Translations under genes and position numbers: made by a program
Assembly (NCBI GenBank): GCA_963822585.1
Contig: CAWGIE010000005.1
Coordinates: forward strand, 1 to 12,542
DNA length: 12,542 nucleotides
Source of the DNA: an uncultured bacterium
GTDB taxonomy: Bacteria; Auribacterota; Erginobacteria; Erginobacterales; Erginobacteraceae
Reading direction: 5' to 3'
Notes under the pieces: generated by a model
Seen by the model: only the letters and a program-made list of their open reading frames with translations
Database searches by the model: none
What the model was told of the DNA's origin: nothing
In this document: one piece after another, positions 9,816-12,542 of the stretch
How the letters are laid out: each line of letters starts with the position of its first letter
Position numbering within the stretch: position 1 is the stretch's first letter

Positions 9816-9865
9816 CTAGCCTCCGAATCAGAGGGACAGATTTTTTGTATTTTTATTTGTTTCTG

Positions 9866-9935
9866 GCATAACGGCTCGCGGCGTGACCTGCGCGGCAGTT
9901 TTTTTGCCGCGTCAGTGTCTGCGCCGTTGTTATGA
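9866..9935 (-). other. attC site of cassette 1 (70 bp); cassette 1 = 9872-10360
   Basis: Minus strand TCATAAC...CTGACGCGGCA...TGCCGCGCAG...GTTATGC. R'' TCATAAC complements the GTTATGA at the attI junction. Confidence 0.9.
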
Positions 9936-10344
9936 ATTAAATTTTTTATTCGAGATAGCTATTCCAACAACCCCACCAAGAAGCATAAATCCAAGCGTTT
10001 CATATCCAAGTTGAGAAGCGTACTTCTTTTGAGTTCAGCCAATATTATCATGTTGCCACTCTCAGGTCTTATGACTGCATTGTAGTAAGTAAATGCAACT
10101 AAAGGGCTAAATGCTAATAGGCCGCTGGCCATGCCAATGATGGCATTAATTATCTTTGAACCTGCAAATTTTCGAAACGGAATCCTTAGCAAAATAAAGA
10201 ACAGTGCGAAAAGAAAACCTTCGACGGCCCATCCTCCAAGTAACACAGGATAATGACTCAGATATGGTGTAATCAGAAAGAAAGATATATAGGCGTATGC
10301 CACTCACCGAGAGCACCCAAAAATAGGAATTTAATTTTATCCAT
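9930..10344 (-). CDS. Cassette 1: hypothetical membrane protein with two apparent frameshifts
   Basis: GAGGAA RBS, then ATG 10344 (MDKIKFLFLGALG). It continues in ORF 9959-10303. An alternative frame ends ...GFMLLGGVVGIAISNKKFNS* with TAA inside the attC R'' box, as is typical of cassettes. Confidence 0.65.
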
Positions 10345-10354
10345 ATGTTTCCTC

Positions 10355-10380
10355 TCATAACTATTTAGTCAGCTGCGTAT
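10355..10380 (-). other. attI site; crossover G^TT at 10361/10360
   Basis: Minus strand ...GACTAAATA-GTTATGA lies upstream of and divergent from intI, and matches the R'' of the first attC. No attC-type hairpin precedes it. Confidence 0.75.
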
Positions 10381-10603
10381 TAGCCGTGATATATCACGGG
10401 TTGACTCCCCCGTTTTGATCAATTACCGTCTGTTTATTAGCTTGTTACGGCAATAATCTAGCAGGCCACAACAATACCATATACAGGTTTTTATTAGAAG
10501 GGTCTATAGCAATAATCAAGTCAAACAAAAAGCCTATAATGGAATGACGTATTCCGTCACATGTATGTTGTAAACCCTTTCTATACTCATTATAGGAGGA
10601 GCT

Positions 10604-11562
10604 GTGGAAAAGCCAAAATTGCTGGACCAGTTACGTGATGCCATACGTGTTCGCCATTACAGTTATCGTACCGAACAGACATACGTATTATGGTCGAAGC
10701 ATTTCATCCTGTTCCATAACAAGCGTCATCCGGCAGAAATGACCGAAAAAGATATTGTCATATTTTTAACGTACCTGGCCACCAAACGCAAAGTATCCGC
10801 ATCTTCTCAGAACCAGGCGCTCAACGCCATATTGTTCCTGTATAAAAATGTCTTGCAAAAGGAAATCGGATTGGTTGACGGCGTGGTCCGGGCCAAGCGC
10901 CCGACACATCTTCCGGAGGTATTCACCAAAGACGAAGTCAACGCGGTTCTTGATCGTCTGACTGGCCAGAATTGGCTTATGGCAAAATATCTTGTATGGT
11001 GCTGGACTTAGAACTGACGGAATGCCACAGATTGCGGGTGAAGGATATTGACTTTGGTTTCCGCCAGATCGTTGTGCGTGACGGCAAGGGCCAGAAGGAC
11101 CGAATCACCATGCTGCCGGAGAAGCTCATTCCGCACCTGGAAAAACATCTGGTGAACCGCGAAAGATATTTACAGGCTTGATATGAAAGAAGGTTTCCAG
11201 GCATCTATGCCGGAAGCGCTGGCTCTGTAAATATCCGAATGCACCAAAGGAATGGGGCTGGCAATATGTCTTTCCTGGGCAAAAAGCGCGCCGAAGACCC
11301 GCGCAGCAAAAACATTTTCCGCCACCATGTCCATGAGTGCATGCTCCAGAAGGCTGTAAAGCATGCAATCCGGTCAGCAGAAATAAAGAAGCTGTCCGGT
11401 TGTCACACGCTACGTCACAGCTTCGCTACGCACATTCTGCAAAACGGCTATGATATACGTACAGTTCAAGAGCTTTTGGGACATTCAAACGTGAAAACAA
11501 CCATGATTTATACCCATGTTCTCAACAAAGGGGGGAGAGGAGTGAAAAGCCCCTTAGATTGA
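10604..11562 (+). CDS. intI: Integron integrase with several apparent frameshifts
   Basis: [53 protein letters not shown], the integron-specific insert (GWQYVFP...DPRS...RHH) and [10 protein letters not shown]...QELLGH...TTMIYTHV. Confidence 0.93.
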
Positions 11563-11592
11563 TATACGGACCAGAATAACATTTGACAAATA

Positions 11593-12219
11593 TCACATCG
11601 CAATCGCTTCAACTTTGTCATTCCCCTGTAATCGATTTTGTTCATCTTTGACGGGTCGTGGGTTGGTGTTCAACTGAAGCGGTATCCATCGATATAACGT
11701 AGGAATCGATATGCCAAGATTCTCTGCAACCTCTTTCGGTGAAACACCGTGGGCCAAGAGTTTTTTTGCTGATTCAATCTTGCTGTCGGTCATCTTACGC
11801 TTCCGGCCCCCGATTCTCCCTTGCTGTCTGGCGGCAAGTAACCCAGCTTTGGTCCGTTCAATGATAAGCTCCCGCTCCATTTGTGCCAAACTCGCCATCA
11901 CGTGGAAGAAGAATCGTCCTGATGGTGTGCCGGTGTCAATGCTGTCGGTAAGGCTCCTAAAGTTGATTCCCCGTTCTGCAAGTTCGGTGATGAGGCCGAC
12001 CAGACCTTTGACGCTACGGCCCAAGCGATCAAGTTTCCAAACGACAAGAGTGTCGCCTTCCCGCAAGACCTCCAGGGTAAGCTTCAATCCGGGACGTTCA
12101 GTATGGCTACCGCTCATCCGGTCTTCATAGATTTTCTCACACCCATTTTGGGTAAGCGCAGCGTGCTGCAAATCCAGGTTTTGGTCCAAGGTCGTAACAC
12201 GGGCATAACCAACCAACAT
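11593..12219 (-). CDS. tnpR: Serine recombinase / transposon resolvase
   Basis: GYARV, GDTLVVWKLDRLGRS, ERELIIERT and a C-terminal HTH (VAENLGISIPTLYRW). Divergent from tnpA. The true stop may be at about 11642 if one base is missing after WIP. Confidence 0.9.
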   Translation of the reverse strand: MLVGYARVTTLDQNLDLQHAALTQNGCEKIYEDRMSGSHTERPGLKLTLEVLREGDTLVVWKLDRLGRSVKGLVGLITELAERGINFRSLTDSIDTGTPSGRFFFHVMASLAQMERELIIERTKAGLLAARQQGRIGGRKRKMTDSKIESAKKLLAHGVSPKEVAENLGISIPTLYRWIPLQLNTNPRPVKDEQNRLQGNDKVEAIAM

Positions 12220-12269
12220 TAATCAACCTCCTTCTGTTCATCCAACGTTTATTAAAATCCGGCAGCGCC

Positions 12270-12408
12270 GAAATTCTCATTATTCGTTGCAATGGTAACA
12301 AAACGAGAATAGTATTTCAAGAATGGTTTTTAAGAATTGCAAGCTATTGAAATTCCGTGCCTGGATAACCCAAGATAAGTAATTATCAAAAACGATCGTT
12401 TTAGATAA
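12270..12408. promoter_or_regulatory. Probable res site / divergent tnpR-tnpA promoter region
   Basis: AT-rich intergenic region. It contains a 26-bp near-perfect palindrome TTATCAAAAACGATCGTTTTAGATAA (12383-12408) with central AT, plus weaker dyads (TTCTC...GAGAA at about 12274-12309). Confidence 0.6.
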
Positions 12409-12417
12409 GGAGTCGCC

Positions 12418-12542
12418 ATGCCCCGTCGCTCCATATTTACCGACTCGGAACGAGACAACCTACTTGCCTTACCCGAAGACCGGGATAGTCTGAACCGGTT
12501 TTATTCATTCAGTGAATCTGACTTTGTCATTATCCAGCAGCA
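12418..12542 (+). CDS. tnpA: Tn3-family transposase, 3'-partial (not in the ORF track)
   Basis: AAGGAG RBS, then MPRRSIFTDSERDNLLALPEDRDSLNRFYSFSESDFVIIQQ, matching the Tn21-type TnpA N-terminus (MPRRSILS..ERESLLALP). Confidence 0.88.
   Translation, partial: MPRRSIFTDSERDNLLALPEDRDSLNRFYSFSESDFVIIQQ

Larger units (their letters stand above)
6522..12542 (+). mobile_element. Tn3-family transposon (Tn21-like transposase), partial; carries a group II intron and an integron
   Basis: A GGGG-initiated IR at 6522 interrupts a gene. A resolvase, a res-like region and a Tn21-like tnpA start lie at the other end of the window. Linking IR and tnp module into one element is inference because the distal IR is outside the window. 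Confidence 0.8.

Noticed and set aside
10400..10600. E. coli-type LexA box and a clear cassette promoter Pc
   Set aside because: No CTGT-N8-ACAG is present. Candidate minus-strand -35/-10 hexamers have poor spacing or sequence.
1..12542. CRISPR array, tRNA or rRNA
   Set aside because: No regularly spaced repeats or recognisable RNA gene sequence was seen.

Overview
The left half is a defence-island-like locus: a CDKN3/dual-specificity-type phosphatase (5'-partial), a type III restriction-modification mod-res pair, and a probable helicase gene cut off at 6521. The cut is made by a Tn3-family (Tn21-like TnpA) transposon. It starts with a 38-bp IR at 6522 and runs past the window end, with tnpR, res and the start of tnpA at 11593-12542. 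The transposon carries an integron with no Tn402/class 1 context: intI, attI and three minus-strand cassettes (two membrane proteins and a PIN-domain protein), with the last attC truncated. The most striking element is a complete group II intron (6558-8466) inserted between nt 36 and 37 of the transposon IR. Its predicted EBS1 and EBS2 pair with the conserved inner end of Tn21-type IRs, which suggests an intron that targets transposon ends. Many genes carry single-base frameshifts, most likely read or assembly errors, so single-base claims need re-sequencing.
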